Below are positions 10,866 through 23,329 of a stretch of DNA of 64,000 nt, in pieces; position 1 is the stretch's first letter; every line of letters starts with the position of its first letter. Where the stretch lies: assembly GCA_964252035.1 (NCBI GenBank), contig OZ176203.1; one strand, given 5' to 3'. A program made the translations under genes and the position numbers. The notes beneath the pieces are model-generated. The model ran no database searches and had not been told where the DNA came from. It saw nothing but the letters and a program-made list of their open reading frames with translations. The stretch comes from Podarcis erhardii (lineage: Eukaryota).

Positions 10866-13394
10866 TTACTTGTGTTATATTTGTAATTAAGTAAATATTT
10901 TTATTTTGTAAGCTGCCTTCAGAATAGTTTTAACTATGCAAAGGCTGCATACAATTAAAATGATGGTGATGATCCAAGCTTGTTTTCTGCTGCTTCAGGC
11001 GGGAGAACATGATTCAGATTGCAAGAAAGGAGATTCCGACTAAGCATTAGGAGCAACTTTCTGAGGGCAAGAGCTGTTTGACAGGAGAACGAACTCCCTC
11101 AGGAGCTCATTGACTCTCCTTCCTTGGAGGCTTTTAAACAGATGTTGGGAGGCCACTTGTCAGTGGTCCTTGATCTGCAATTCCTGCATTGCAGGGTGTT
11201 GGAATAGATGACCCCTGAGAGTCCCTTCCAACTATGCAATTCTAGGATTACTGGACTTTCGTTCTTGGGATGAAAACAGTGGAGGCAAAGGGGCTGATTA
11301 GACAGGCCGTTTTTAGGAAGCTGGCCCTCTTTTTCTCCCTTGAGATCATTATGTTGCCGGTGTGTGTGTTTAGGGGGTGGGAAGGATCTCCTTCTGTGAG
11401 TGTTGCAAACCTCGAAGCACCTCCCAAAGAAGTTGAAAGTTTCCCTAAAGCCCCCCCCCCCGGCTGTTAAACAGTAACATCTGGGGACGGCGGGTGGGGT
11501 GGGGGGAGAGGGAGAGAAGTGCTGTTTGACTGGCCTCCGCCACTGCTGGGGACAGAAGCTTTTGTTGTGGCCAAAAGTTCAAGTTTCCAGCTTCCTCTTC
11601 CTCCACCTGTCAGGAGGGCCCGGCTCGCAGGCGCTGAGCACAAACTCAAACATGCCCTTTGGGCTCCCGGAGTCGCTCACCCAGAACTCCTGGGCTCGGA
11701 GGCCTGAATAGAAGCCCCATATGTTCAGCGCGGGAAGGGGGTGTGCAGAGAGGGGAGCCGAGTGCCTATGCTGCAATAGGAGATGCCCAAAGCCAAGCGA
11801 GTCACTGGATCAGCTGCCTTCTTTGCTCTGAAAGGGGGGCATCCTTCTTTTGCTCCCCCCAAAGAACAGATATATCCTCCCTGAGATGCATCCCTTCTCT
11901 TTCTCCCTCTTCCCCCCCCCCCGGCCGATTAGTGGGGTGGTTTTTGTATCTTCCAAAGGACCCCTGGCCAGAAAGCCCCCCCTGGAATGTTGGGGGGTTC
12001 TCACCATAAACAAGGAGGCATGAATTTGGCGGGCGCCTGAAGCTTGGATAAGGGATTGCAGCAGCACTTCTGAATACTAGTTGCTGGAGACCCCACAGGA
12101 GAGGAGAGTTGCTCTTGTGTTCGAATCCTGCTTGTGGGTTTCACACAGGCATCCGGTTGTCCACTGTGATAACAGGAGGCTAGGCTAGATGGGCCGTTGG
12201 CCTGATCCAGCAAGCTCTTCTTACATTCTTACGAGTTGCACCTTCCCAGTTTAACCTAGTCCAGGGAGACAGGCAAACCAGCCTCTGTCTTCCATGGACA
12301 TTCTCAGGTGGGGACGTTTGTACCTCTGTCGGATGAGGTTGTCTTTCAGAGGCTAACGATGATAATAGCATTTATAGAATGCCATAGACTATCCAACTAA
12401 TTTTGCACAGTGTCCTGTCATAACTATTACAGTAGTTTGTGGAATGCTCTCCCCAGGGAGGTTCATCCGGCGCCATCATTATATACCTTTAGGTGCCAGG
12501 TGAAAACATTCCTCTTCAAACAGGCCTTTCACTGATGATGAGCCACTACCCTTGTAAATGCTGGCTTCTGGGGCCGATGGGAACTAGATAGTTCCCAGGT
12601 CTCTGAGCCGTGCTCTCCAGGGCTCACTTTCTGCACATGAAATTTCAAGTTTTCAACTCTTTCTGTAAATTTGCAATGCTCGTATTTGTGGGACAGGAGA
12701 CAATGATGAGATTTACCGTAATCTTCCACTTTGCAAATTCCTGACTGAACCTTGTGTTGCTACTCTGTGAAAATGCACCTCTAGGTGTCTGTGGATGAGC
12801 AGCTGTTTGGGAGCCATTCAGCCGAGTGCCTCAGGTGTTATTTGGTTAAAATGCGGGTAAACATCCTTAAAGATTGATCAGAGAATTTTATTTAATTAAC
12901 AATAAAATACCCCTGCTGGTAAATACATTTGGTTGTCTAGGAGCTGAGCAGTGGTCGTCACTCTATTGATTTGTTGTGATTAAATCAGGCTGGGAATATA
13001 TTAATGATGATCACGAGTGCCCCGAACATAAAGTTCAGCCATTTCACAAAGCTGCTAAGTTGCTCAGCACCAATGTGCTGATTTTAAAAAATGCCCCTAA
13101 TTGAAATGTCGATGCACGCGGTGCTCCTTGACGGCGCTGCGGTCATCCTGCATTCTGACTTTCTCAGTTCATCATTCTAGAGGGCCTTAAGCAACTTGTG
13201 TCCTGTTCCCGAACACAGGCTCTTGTTGCTGACCGTAATCAGTGAGGGCTTTGTGGCCTCATCTTGCTGTGCGCAAGCGGCAAGAGTCACTCTGGAGCAC
13301 CTCCCATGAGCCAGAACAGGCACAGTCCTTATGATGCCCCATTCAGCTCTCATCAGCCCCAGAGAGTATAGCTAATGGTCAGGTATGATGGAAG

Positions 13395-13790
13395 TTGTAG
13401 CTTAGCAATTTTTGAGGGAATTGGGTTGTGTTTCGCTTGGAGAAGAGAAGACTCTGAGGTGATATGAGAGCCATCTTTAGATATCTGAAAGGCTGTCACT
13501 TGGAGGAAGAGGTAAGCTTGTTTTCTGCTGTTCCAGAGGGTAGGACCCAGATTCAAATTAATCGAAAGGAGATTCCGACTAAATACTTGGAAGAACTTTC
13601 TGATAACATGAGGTCTTGGACAGTGGAACGGACTTCCTCAAAAGTTGGTGGACGCTCCTTCCTTGGAGGTTTTTAAACAGAGGGTGGATGACCGTCTGTT
13701 GGGGATTCTTTGGTTGTGATTCCTGCATTGCAGGCGGTTGGACTAGAGGACCCTTGGGGTCCCTTCCAAGTCTGTGTTTCTTTAATATCT
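13395..13790 (+). mobile_element. CR1 LINE 3' fragment, subfamily ending in GGTTGGACTAGA...CCCTTCCAA
   Basis: FRLEKRRL*GDMRAIFRYLKGCHLEE...FRLNT/WNFL-type ORF2 end plus a chicken-CR1-like tail. A second copy lies at about 11005-11250. Confidence 0.85.
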
Positions 13791-15109
13791 GGAGGGCCAC
13801 AGATTAACTGCTTCTGCTGTAAGTGCAGTGAGCAATCATCCAGCCGCTTGTTGGGAATCGCTTTGCTGTGACTCATCTTATCCTTTAAAAAATGGTTGCC
13901 TCCTTGGCCTTCTGTGGAACATGCTTACCCTTACTCTTCAAGGCAGACACTGGGCCCTGCCACTTCTGGAGTGGGGTATTTCCTTTTTCCTTTTCATGGC
14001 TCAGCTTTGAGCCTTCAGAGCTTTGAGTTCTGCCTTCTGGCTCATGAACTTCCCCTGGTGCCAAGACCAGATTGGGGGGGGGGCATCCTGCCCTGCAAGA
14101 GCATTGCAAGGTGAGACCTCACAGTGGTGGCAGCACCTTCTCCCAGGACTCTTGCTATCGGCTTTCAACATCAGGTCATCATAACACCTTTCCAGTTTTA
14201 AGGAGGCTTCTGGAGAGAGAGAGCAAAGATGACTGCTGGTCATCTTGGGCTTAATTCGTTTGGGATTTATACCTGGCTTCATGGTGTTTTTGCATTTTGG
14301 TTGGATTTTACCCATTAGCTGGTTAGAAGTGCAACTGATAAGAGCAATCGACGTACAATTCAAATAGCATAAAACACAACAACTGCATCCCTTGGCTTGT
14401 CGAGTTTCTATGTTTATCACATGTCAGGGCCCAGAGGCAGGTTCTGTGGTCCAGCGGAAGCAGAGTGTTGAATCTCAAAGGCAGCAACTGTCAATCTGAA
14501 GGAGCAGAGGCAGGAAAAATCATAATCTGGTGCAGGCAAGCTGGCGGTCTGGTTTCCAGCAGGCAGCTGCCTGAGAGAAAGCTGTTTCCAGAGCACCTAC
14601 TTTGACTGACAGATTGCTCAGACTGAGGAGCCAAACCAGAGGCAAGCTTAAATAAGGCTGGTCTTGCCCCTATTGCCACTCCAGGCACCTGGTCCAGTTG
14701 AGCTGATGAGCTGCAGTACCGCACTCTGGCCATTACTTAGGGGGGCGCTGCAGAGTAGGAGGGTCAGGCCAACAGCTCCCTTTCCCTGAGAGCTGCCCCC
14801 CCTTGATTGCCCCAGGAAGGAAGGTCCCTACATCTTGCGACCAGCCGCCCTGGTTTGAGTCCCCTGGCATCTTCTGCCAAGGGTTCCTTGCCCCATTCAC
14901 AGCATCTGAGGCAGGAAAGGTGTCCTGTTTGCCTACCACCAAGAGGTGGGAAATTGGGGGGAGGATCAGAAGCAATAAATCCTCAGACTTTTGTCATGCC
15001 AAAATTTTGTGAGCTGAGAAGAGAAAAATGGAGGGTGGGCTTCTTTGATGATATTCAAAGAAGGAAAGAGAAAAAAGGAAGCTCTCTGTGAGTGGTTGGA
15101 CAGGCAATA

Positions 15110-15351
15110 CAGTGGTACCTCGGGTTAAGTACTTAATTCATTCCGGAGGTCCATTCTTAACGTGAAACTGTTCTTAACCTGAAGCACCACTTTAGCTAAT
15201 TGGGCCTCCTGCTGCTGCCGTGCCGCCGGAGCACGATTTCTAGTCTCATCCTGAAGCAAAGTTCTTAACCCGAGGTACTATTTCTGGGTTAGCGGAGTCT
15301 GTAACCTGAAGCGGATGTAACCTGAAGCGGATGTAACCCGACGTACCACTG
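15110..15351. mobile_element. Tigger-like MITE family B
   Basis: TIRs CAGTGGTACCTCGGGTT / AACCCGACGTACCACTG with TA flanks; subterminal GTAACCTGAAGC repeats. Confidence 0.88.
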
Positions 15352-16437
15352 TACTGTCAAGGGATATTCTCTCCCCATTTGATATATTGAAGGCTCCTGT
15401 TTATAAGAGTAAGGAAGTAGTTTGTTTTTACAATTTTATCCCTCTGATTTATATATCGCGATGCAATTATTTGGTTTCATTTTGCTTATATCTGTTTTAA
15501 TGGTAGCTAATAGAATAGATGTTGTTTTTAAAAAGCAGAGCGCTTTTGTGTCTGCACATGTGTGTATAAACCTTGAAAGCCTCGTAAACATGAACAATGA
15601 TATGAAACTCAAGTGCCTCTTCTTGCATTGAGCGTTGTTTAAAGTTTTATAGCCAAGGCCGGCCCAAAACATTTTGCTACCTGAGGCAAAGCAGCAAATC
15701 TCCCTCCTTCTCCACCTATGTGGAAGTACAACATAGCCATTGTGGCTCACGGCCACAATGGAGCCTTATATGGCTATTCATATTCTGAAGCCAAGTTGGT
15801 GGCCATCTCTGCGTCGGGGGGGGGGGGGGGCAAATTCCGCTGCTTAACTCAGCACTGTACAAATAAGTGAATTTTGTCTGTCCTGAATCTTCAGATACTC
15901 AGCTCCATTGGACATCCGGGAGAGCTAGTATTCTGAGAGAGGGAGAAAAGTGTTTCTCAACACTGTGCATAATTTTATACACTGGATACTTTAGTTGAGA
16001 TTCCTGTATTGCAGGGGGTTGGACTAGAAGACCCTCGGGGTCCCTCCCAACTCTTAAGAGACTATGATTCTATTACCTCAACCTCTCACTCATGTATTTT
16101 GTAAGCTAAAAAGCCCCAAATGCTGCAGCCTTTTGGGGAGTTACTCCATCCCATTGATCAGTATGAGTGCTCTTTTCTGAACCTTTTCCAACTCCACAAT
16201 CTCCTTTTCGAGGGTGAGCAATCAGAGCTGTATGCAATATTCCAGATGTGAATATTGTGAACACGGTAGATTTGCCTGAGGGCATTTTTTGAGGCTCCTC
16301 CTTGAGAGGCCAATGGTGCATTCACCTAGCGCTCACACAGAGTCACAAATGCCTCTGGAAGCACAGCAATAACAGTAGGGATCAGGGTGAGAGCCAGTGC
16401 AGTACAGCCTGAATTAACCCTACAGAACTGTATAGAA

Positions 16438-16739
16438 CAGGCACGTCCAACAGGTCTACCGGTAGATTACTGGCCGTCTGTAGTAGATCACTGCCTCCCC
16501 CCCAAAGAAGCTCAACAACTTTGGCTTCCCTAAAAGAAAGCTCAATATTTTTGCCCTGCACTCTCAGAAATCAGGGCTTTCCTTTCCTCCTTCTTTGACC
16601 TGAGCCCCTAAAAAGAATGCCTTCCTCCTTCCTAAAAAAGCTTCAACAGCTTTGACCTGAACCCCAAAAAGGGGGTAGATCACTGCCAGTTTTTAACACT
16701 GAGAGTAGATCGCAGTCTCTTGGGAGTTGGCCACCCGTG
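16438..16739. mobile_element. hAT-type MITE (second family)
   Basis: Degenerate TIRs CAGGCACGTCCAAC / GTTGGCCACCCGTG; 8-bp TSD GTATAGAA / GTGTAGAA; internal GTAGATC repeats. Confidence 0.7.
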
Positions 16740-17870
16740 GTGTAGAATTACGGGAACAGATCTCTGAGGGGTGAATCTGCCTAGGATTGCCCCGGTGATA
16801 TGTAGCGTGATGGGGACCAGTAAAGCTAAGGACGGCTTTTGGTCGGGTGGTTGGAGGACCTTTGGAGAGCTTCCAGATGGAGCAGGGGTGTGGGTTTCTG
16901 CCGCAGGCGAAGCTGCTTTGAGCATGGGCCATGCAGCTGCAAGGCGCTCTCTGGTTACTCCTGTAAACACAGCCCTGTCTGCCCAGTTGACATCCAATCC
17001 AGGCCTCCCCCAGGCTGATGGAGCTCGTCACTACAGGTTCATTTCCTCTCTTTTTTTAGTAGGCAAGGGAGAATCTGTTTGGCTCGAGCACACAGTCCTC
17101 TTGGGGTGATGGGCTGCACAGAATGTGAATGGGCAGTCCTCAGAAGACAAATGGCACAGCGCAGAACTTGCCTTCCTCATTCATCGGGGCAGGCAACCTT
17201 TTCCCTTGGAGAGCCACATTCCCTTGTGGGGAGTAGTCTCTTGGGGGTTGCATGCTGGCAGGGGAGGAGCTACAGTTGAAGGTGGGTGGGGCCAAAGTTA
17301 ATTCTGGATTAATTAGTCCAGAATAAAGAAACCCCACCCCACCACCCCAGTTTTCAGGATGGCCGCCTCAAATGAAATTCCCAGTCCTGGGCAGGCCTAC
17401 TAAGAAGTAAGCCCCACTGAGTTTGATGGGGTTACTCTCAAATAAATAAGCAGAGCATTTTTTCAGTTCTCCAGCCCAATACAGCTACTGTTCAGGGAAG
17501 CGAGTGAAAGTAATTCCATCCCCGCGCGCGCGCGCGCACACACACACACACACAGCAGAAGTCTTTCTGTTCTCAGTCAGCTGGGAGACAAACTTCTTTT
17601 CTCCAAGCCATAGCATACAACTTAGAAAATAGTTTTAAAATAACATCCATTTTTGTCTATATTTCCTCTTCTAGTTGTTCTGATATTGTGTATATAGAAT
17701 AAAGGAAAATGCGTTCAGAAGCCAGGAAAGCAAACAAGGAAGAAGGGATTGGGATGGGAGGGAGGGAGGGGTCAGCTACAGGTGTCTGTGGATGGGCAGG
17801 TTGTTTAACTGAGTCGTAGATGCTCCATGGCTAACAGATATGCTTCCTCTCCCTCTTTCTCTCTGTTCAG

Positions 17871-17957
17871 GTTGTTGCAGGAAAGTGCCAGTGTGAATGC
17901 CCGGCACAAACTTGGCTGGACAGCTCTGATGGTAGCTGCTATAAACCGAAATTCAAG
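17871..17957 (+). CDS. CLPB: CLPB coding exon 3 (ankyrin repeat)
   Basis: Acceptor ctgttcAG; 87 nt encoding (R)[28 protein letters not shown](S). Donor GTTTGT. Phase 2 to 2. Confidence 0.97.
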
Positions 17958-18219
17958 GTTTGTTATTTATTTTTCTTTGTAAAAAAGGTGCATATGACAC
18001 CCACTCATGTAAAACACCAAGGCAGCATACAGCAATATACGCAAATGCCATCAAACATACGACACATTAAACATGGTAGGAAATGATCCTTAAAATGTCT
18101 GGCTCATCTTGAAAAAAATCAAGCAATTGAACAAGCCTGAATAGGCTTTTAAAGGGTCCCCCAAGAGGCATCCGAAAGGTAGCAGCGAGGTTGCCTCTTG
18201 ACTCTGCCGGAAATTTGGT

Positions 18220-18262
18220 GTGCGTCACGAAGAGTCGGACATGACTAAACAACAACAACAAG
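18220..18262 (+). mobile_element. BovB extreme 3' tail fragment
   Basis: GTCACGAAGAGTCGGACATGACTAAACAACAACAAC. Confidence 0.65.
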
Positions 18263-18902
18263 GTTTCTTTACCGCCTTTCTTACAGGAGATTCTGAAGGC
18301 TATATACCATTTAAAACAATTGAACTGAACAAAATGGAAACAACAGATACAAGTAATAAAGTAATAAAATAGCCACATAATGGAAGGAAGACCTCAGCCT
18401 CCACAGGGCTGGTGAAGTAAACATGTATTGGGTTGTGTCCAAAAGAAGGTGAGCAGAGAGGATAATTGGACCGTGATTTTGGCAAGGGGGGGGGAATGCC
18501 ACAGTCAAGGAGCTGAGCTGGTTTTGGGGAGAAAACCATTTGGCTTCCACTTCCTCCAGAGTGACTTGAAGTCGGTTCAAGTTCTCACCCAGCTGAGAAT
18601 GCTCTTCTTGCTGCACAGTGTCCTGCTTTGAGCCGAATGCACAAAATGTCTAGCAGCAGGACATGAATAGAGAAGCCCAGTTTGGGGCGTTGTGTACTCC
18701 TGCAATGAATGGTGGTTTGGGTGCGTCCTTGCCCAGCTCCCACCCATTCCATTCCATTGCAGCCCCTTCTCCCCTCTTTCCACTTTTCAGCAGTAGAGTG
18801 TCAAAGGGTGCAAAACAGGGCATTGTTAAACTATGGAGGGTGATTGGTGGCAACAGTTGGCTTTAAAAGAGGATTAGGAAAGTTCACGGGAGAATAAGTC
18901 TA

Positions 18903-19240
18903 CAGTGGTGCCTCACAAGACGAAATTAATCCATTCCGCGAGTCTCTTCGTCTAGCGGTTTTTTCGTCTTGCGAAGCAAGCCCATTGACGGCTTAGTGGA
19001 TTAGCGCTATTAGCGCCTTAGCGGCTTTTAGCGGCTTAGTGGATCAGCTGATAAGCGGCTTAGCGGCCTAGAAAAAGGGGGGGCAAAGGGGGAAAAAACC
19101 GCAGGAACTCGCAAGACATTTTCGTCTTGCGAAGCAAGCCCATAGGGAAATTCGTTTTGCGAAGCGCCTCCAAAACAGAAAACCCTTTCGTCTAGCGGGT
19201 TTTCCGTCTTGCGAGGCGTTCGTCTTGTGGGCCACCACTG
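18903..19240. mobile_element. Tigger/pogo-like MITE family A
   Basis: Same TIRs with TA flanks; internal TTAGCGG-type array. Inserted into a CR1 3' UTR. Shares the TA at 19241-42 with the next copy. Confidence 0.92.
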
Positions 19241-19242
19241 TA

Positions 19243-19539
19243 CAGTGGTGCCTCGCAAGACGAAAAGAATCCATTCCGCGAGTCTCTTCGTCTTGCGGTT
19301 TTTTCGTCTTGCGAAGCAACCCTATTAGCGGATTAGCGCTATTAGCGGCTATTAGCGGCTTAGCGACTTAGAAAAAGGGGGGGGGGAGCGAAAAAAATCG
19401 CAATACTTGCAAGACGTTTTCGTCTTGCAAAGCAAGCCCATAGAGAAATTCGTCTTGCGAAGCGCCTCGAAAAGCGGAAAACCCTTTCGTCTAGCGGGTT
19501 TTTCGTCTTGCAAGGCATTCGTCTTGCGGGGCACCACTG
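19243..19539. mobile_element. Tigger/pogo-like MITE family A (different internal subtype)
   Basis: TIRs intact; TA at 19241-42 and 19540-41. Confidence 0.92.
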
Positions 19540-19774
19540 TATCAGTACTTACTATCCACGATACCTATACTCTGCCTAAACTGCAGTATGCCTCTGAATA
19601 CCAGTTACTGTTGCACTCAGGTCTTGCTCGGAGGCTTCCCAGAAGAGGCAATGGGTCAGTGACTGGGAGAACAGGATATTGGACCAGATGGGCCTTTGGC
19701 CTGACCCAGCAGTCGGGCTCTTATGAAAGGCTTTGCTCCTTTGAGCATTTGTAGGTTGTTACCTGCTCTGCGCA

Positions 19775-20090
19775 GGATGCGGGTGGCGCTGTCGGTTAAA
19801 CTACAGAGCCTAGGACTTGCCGATCAGAAGGGTGAGCTCCCGTTGCTCGGTCCCAGCTCCTGCCAACCTAGCAGTTCGAAAGCACGTCAAAGTGCAAGTA
19901 GATAAACAGGTACCGCTCTGGCAGGAAGGTAAATGGCATTTCCGTGTGCTGCTCTGGTTCCCCAGAAGCGGCTTAGTCATGCTGGCCACATGACCCGGAA
20001 GCTGTACGCTGGCTCCCTCGGCCAATAAAGCGAGATGAGTGCCGCAACCCCAGAGGCGGTCACGACTGGACCTAATGGTCAGGGATACCT
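19775..20090 (+). mobile_element. Full-length Sauria SINE with a 16-bp TSD
   Basis: Head GGATGCGGGTGGCGCTG; direct repeat TTACCTGCTCTGCGCA at 19759-19774 and 20091-20106. Confidence 0.92.
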
Positions 20091-21527
20091 TTACCTGCTC
20101 TGCGCACCAACACTAGAACTCATGAATATCCACTGAAACTGAATGTTGGAAAATTAAGGCAGATAACAGGGTTAGGGACACCAACATGGATGGCTTTGAA
20201 AGAGGGATGGACAAATTCACGGAGGAGGAGGTGATTCATGGTTGCTAGCCGTGATGTCTATGGTCTGCCTCTCCAGTTGGAGGCAGCAGTGCTTCTGAAT
20301 ACCAGTTGCTGGGAGCCGCAGGAAGGGGGTGCGTTCTTGTGTTCAAATCCTGCTTGCGGGTTTCCCAATGTGGTATCTGGTTGGCCCCTGTGAGAAGAGG
20401 GTGCTGGACTAGATGGGCTCCCCTTGGCCAGATCCAGCAGGCTTGTCTTCTTATGTTCTTAAGGCTTCAGAAATAGGGTGGGTTAGAAATCAGAACCTCG
20501 TTATTCATAGCATAGGAGCAGGGTCGGCTTCTGCAGGTCCGCCCACGGGGTTCCGTTGCCTTGCTTTTTCCTGCCGGTCTTTCTTTGCCTTTGTGTTTCC
20601 TGTCCTGCCTTTCTGGGCCGAAGGAGCCTCTCTGCCCTAACATCCCTTTAGGTTCCCAGGACAATCGCCGTGTCTCCTTGTAACCTTTAAAGGCAGCTCT
20701 TCAGTCTACAACTAAATTCAATTAGTTTTCTTATTTAAAGATGGAGTGAAAGAGGGCGGGGGGAGAGAGAGAGAGAGAGAGAGAAATCCAATTTTCGGAA
20801 ACGTGGGACAGCCAGTTGGAATGGGCTTTGATGTTACAACCTCTCAGGGGCGCTTTACTTAGTCACAAGTTCATAAGCAAAAAAGGCCTAATTATTTGGG
20901 AAAACACAGGATTAAACGGGCTCACAAAGGCCGAATATCCGCTCTCGGGCGACGCGATACGAATCCATGTGCCGAGTTCCTGTGTGGTGCAAACTTTGAT
21001 GTGTGCTATGACAAGCTGAAAGTCGTGACCCCCTCGGGGAGCTCCTTAAGACAGGCCAAGAGGCAGGGGGTGGGCCCTGGGGGTCTGTTTGTTTAACTTT
21101 GATGTCCGAGCAGCAACGGGCTCCCTTGTTTGCGGGGCTGCGGAGGGGTGGGTTGAGCGCCCCCCTCCGACCTTTGCAGGTGGACAATGGCCAGCGGTGG
21201 AGTGTGACGATTGTTGACCATTCCGAGTGGCTGGTGGACCAGAACAGGGTTTCGGGAGAAAGGCTGTTCATGGTACAATAATTGCCCCAGATGGTTCCTC
21301 ATCCCAGCCTTTGCCCAGCGTTAAGCCTTTTATCTGCAAGAGTGGCTGAAGCTCCGACTCTGTGCTCGCCTGCCTGCCTGCCTGGTGCAGAACCAGTGTG
21401 GTTTCTTGGTTAAGGCTTGGTACAAAATGTTTGTGAGAGTGGCGGCTTAATCTAATTTCTTTCTTTCTTTTTATAAGAAAGGTCCTTGGATAAATGGCTC
21501 TCATTGGGGCCAGCCTCTGAGAATATA

Positions 21528-21769
21528 CAGTGGTACCTCAGGTTAAGTACTTAATTCGTTCTGGAGGTCCATTCTTAACCTGAAACTGTTCTTAACCTGA
21601 AGCACCACTTTAGCTAATTGGGCCTTCCGCTGCCGCCGTGCTGCTGCTGTACGATTTCTGTTCTCATCCTGAAGCAAAGTTCTTAACCCGAGGTACTATT
21701 TCTGGGTTAGTGGAGTTTGTAACCTGAAGCGTATGTAACCTGAAGCATATGTAACCCGAGGTACTACTG
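21528..21769. mobile_element. Tigger-like MITE family B
   Basis: High similarity to 15110-15351; TA at 21526-27 and 21770-71. A terminal fragment also occurs at about 44505-44570. Confidence 0.88.
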
Positions 21770-21828
21770 TAATGAGAAGCTGATGAAGTCAGTGTCATAG
21801 TTTCCCCTCTTGCAGTCAGAGGATAATA

Positions 21829-22174
21829 CAGTGGTGCCCCGCAAGCCGAACGCCTCGCAAGATGGAAAACCCGCTAGACGAAAGGGTTTTCCGTTTTGGA
21901 GGCGCTTCGCAAAACGAATTTCCCTATGGGCTTGCTTCGCAAGACGAAAATGTCTTGCGAGTTCCTGCGGGGTTTTTCCCTCTCCCCCCCCCTTTTCCTA
22001 AGCCCTAAACCGCTTATCAGCTGATCCGCTGATAAGCCGCTTATCAGCTGATTCGCTAAACCGCTAATAGCGCTAATCCGCTAAGCTGTCAATGGGCTTG
22101 CTTCGCAAGACGAAAAAACCGCTATACGAAGAGCCTCACGGAACGGATTAATTTCGTCTTGCGAGGCACCACTG
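21829..22174. mobile_element. Tigger/pogo-like MITE family A, inverted orientation
   Basis: TIRs with TA at 21827-28 and 22175-76; internal sequence is the reverse complement of 18903-19240. Confidence 0.92.
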
Positions 22175-22176
22175 TA

Positions 22177-22415
22177 CAGTGGTACCTCTGGATGCAAATG
22201 GGATCCATTCCAGAGCCCCGTTCACATCCTGAAGCGAACGCAACCCGCGCATGCCTGGGTCGCGATTCGCCACTTCTGCGCATGCGCGTGACGTCATTTT
22301 GAGCGTCTGCACATGTGCGAGCTGCGAAACCCAGAAGTGACGCACTCCGTTACTTCCGGGTCACCACGGAGCGTAACCTGAAAACGCTCAACACATTTAA
22401 CACGAGGTATGACTG
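22177..22415. mobile_element. Tigger-like MITE family C
   Basis: TIRs CAGTGGTACCTC / GAGGTATGACTG with TA flanks; directly abuts the family A copy. Confidence 0.8.
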
Positions 22416-23329
22416 TACAGAGGCATTGCCCTGATTCTCATTCTTCCGGTTTCCCTGGGCTTGGAGCTCTCCTTGCAAGACACACCTTCCGTTTACTCTA
22501 AGGGACCTCCGTTTGAAATGGACCTCAAGAGGTTTGCAGCCTGGTCTATTACATGGTTGTTTTTAATATAGGGCAGCCTTCGCCAGCCTGGTGCCCTCCG
22601 GGTGTTTGGGCCAGCTGGGCTCGATGGGAGTTGTAGTCCAAAACATTTGGAGGGCACCAGTTTGGTGGCAGCTGCAGCTGCTTCGAGTTGTATGTACGTC
22701 AGGGGCAAGCGAGAACCGTTTTGGGAATTCCTGCTCCAAATAGTTTATTCATGCACATCACACGTCCCATCTCTCAGTGGAAGTGCACCGTGGAATAGGA
22801 GTGATCCTCAGTTGCTGCAGCTGCTCCAGAGAGTGCAGACCTGGGTGGGAATAGCTGCCTAGGCTCTAGATTTTTGTTCGCAGGTAACCAGAGCTGTGGA
22901 AGCAATTGTAAGCAATAAAGAGTTAACCACCTACCGTGTGCATGCCTTTGAATGGGAAGCACCCTTGATACCTTCCCTCCAGAGCAGGAGAAAACAATCT
23001 TGTTCCAGCTTCCATGTGACAGCCCATAAACCTTTCTAGGTTAGCGGCCATCATTGCCTCTTGTGGGAGCAAGTTCTGTAATTCAACTGTGCACTGCGGG
23101 AACATGGACTTCACCTTTTTCTCCCTCTCTGTGTTGTGCTTGTCACTTGAGGTCCACGTTGACCACCGGCTGCCTTGATCTACCAGATCTGGCTGCTGCT
23201 GTCCAGCGGCCCTGGCTCATTCTTCCAGCAAACTCCCATTCCTTCTTTTCAGGGGGTTGGACTAGATGACCCTCAGGGTCCCTTCCAGCTCTGCAGCTCT
23301 TTGAGTCTATCAGTCCAGCTGTCGCGGCG

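Noticed and set aside
14422-14735. Solo LTR (TGTCAGGG start, CTTAAATAAGG TATA-like box)
   Set aside because: It is plausible, but I found no matching CA terminus with a TSD and no second copy in the window.
18901-19541. CRISPR-like array suggested by recurring TTCGTCTTGCGA motifs with spacers
   Set aside because: The repeats are subterminal motifs of TIR/TA-flanked MITEs, the spacers are the same between copies, and there are no cas genes in this vertebrate context.
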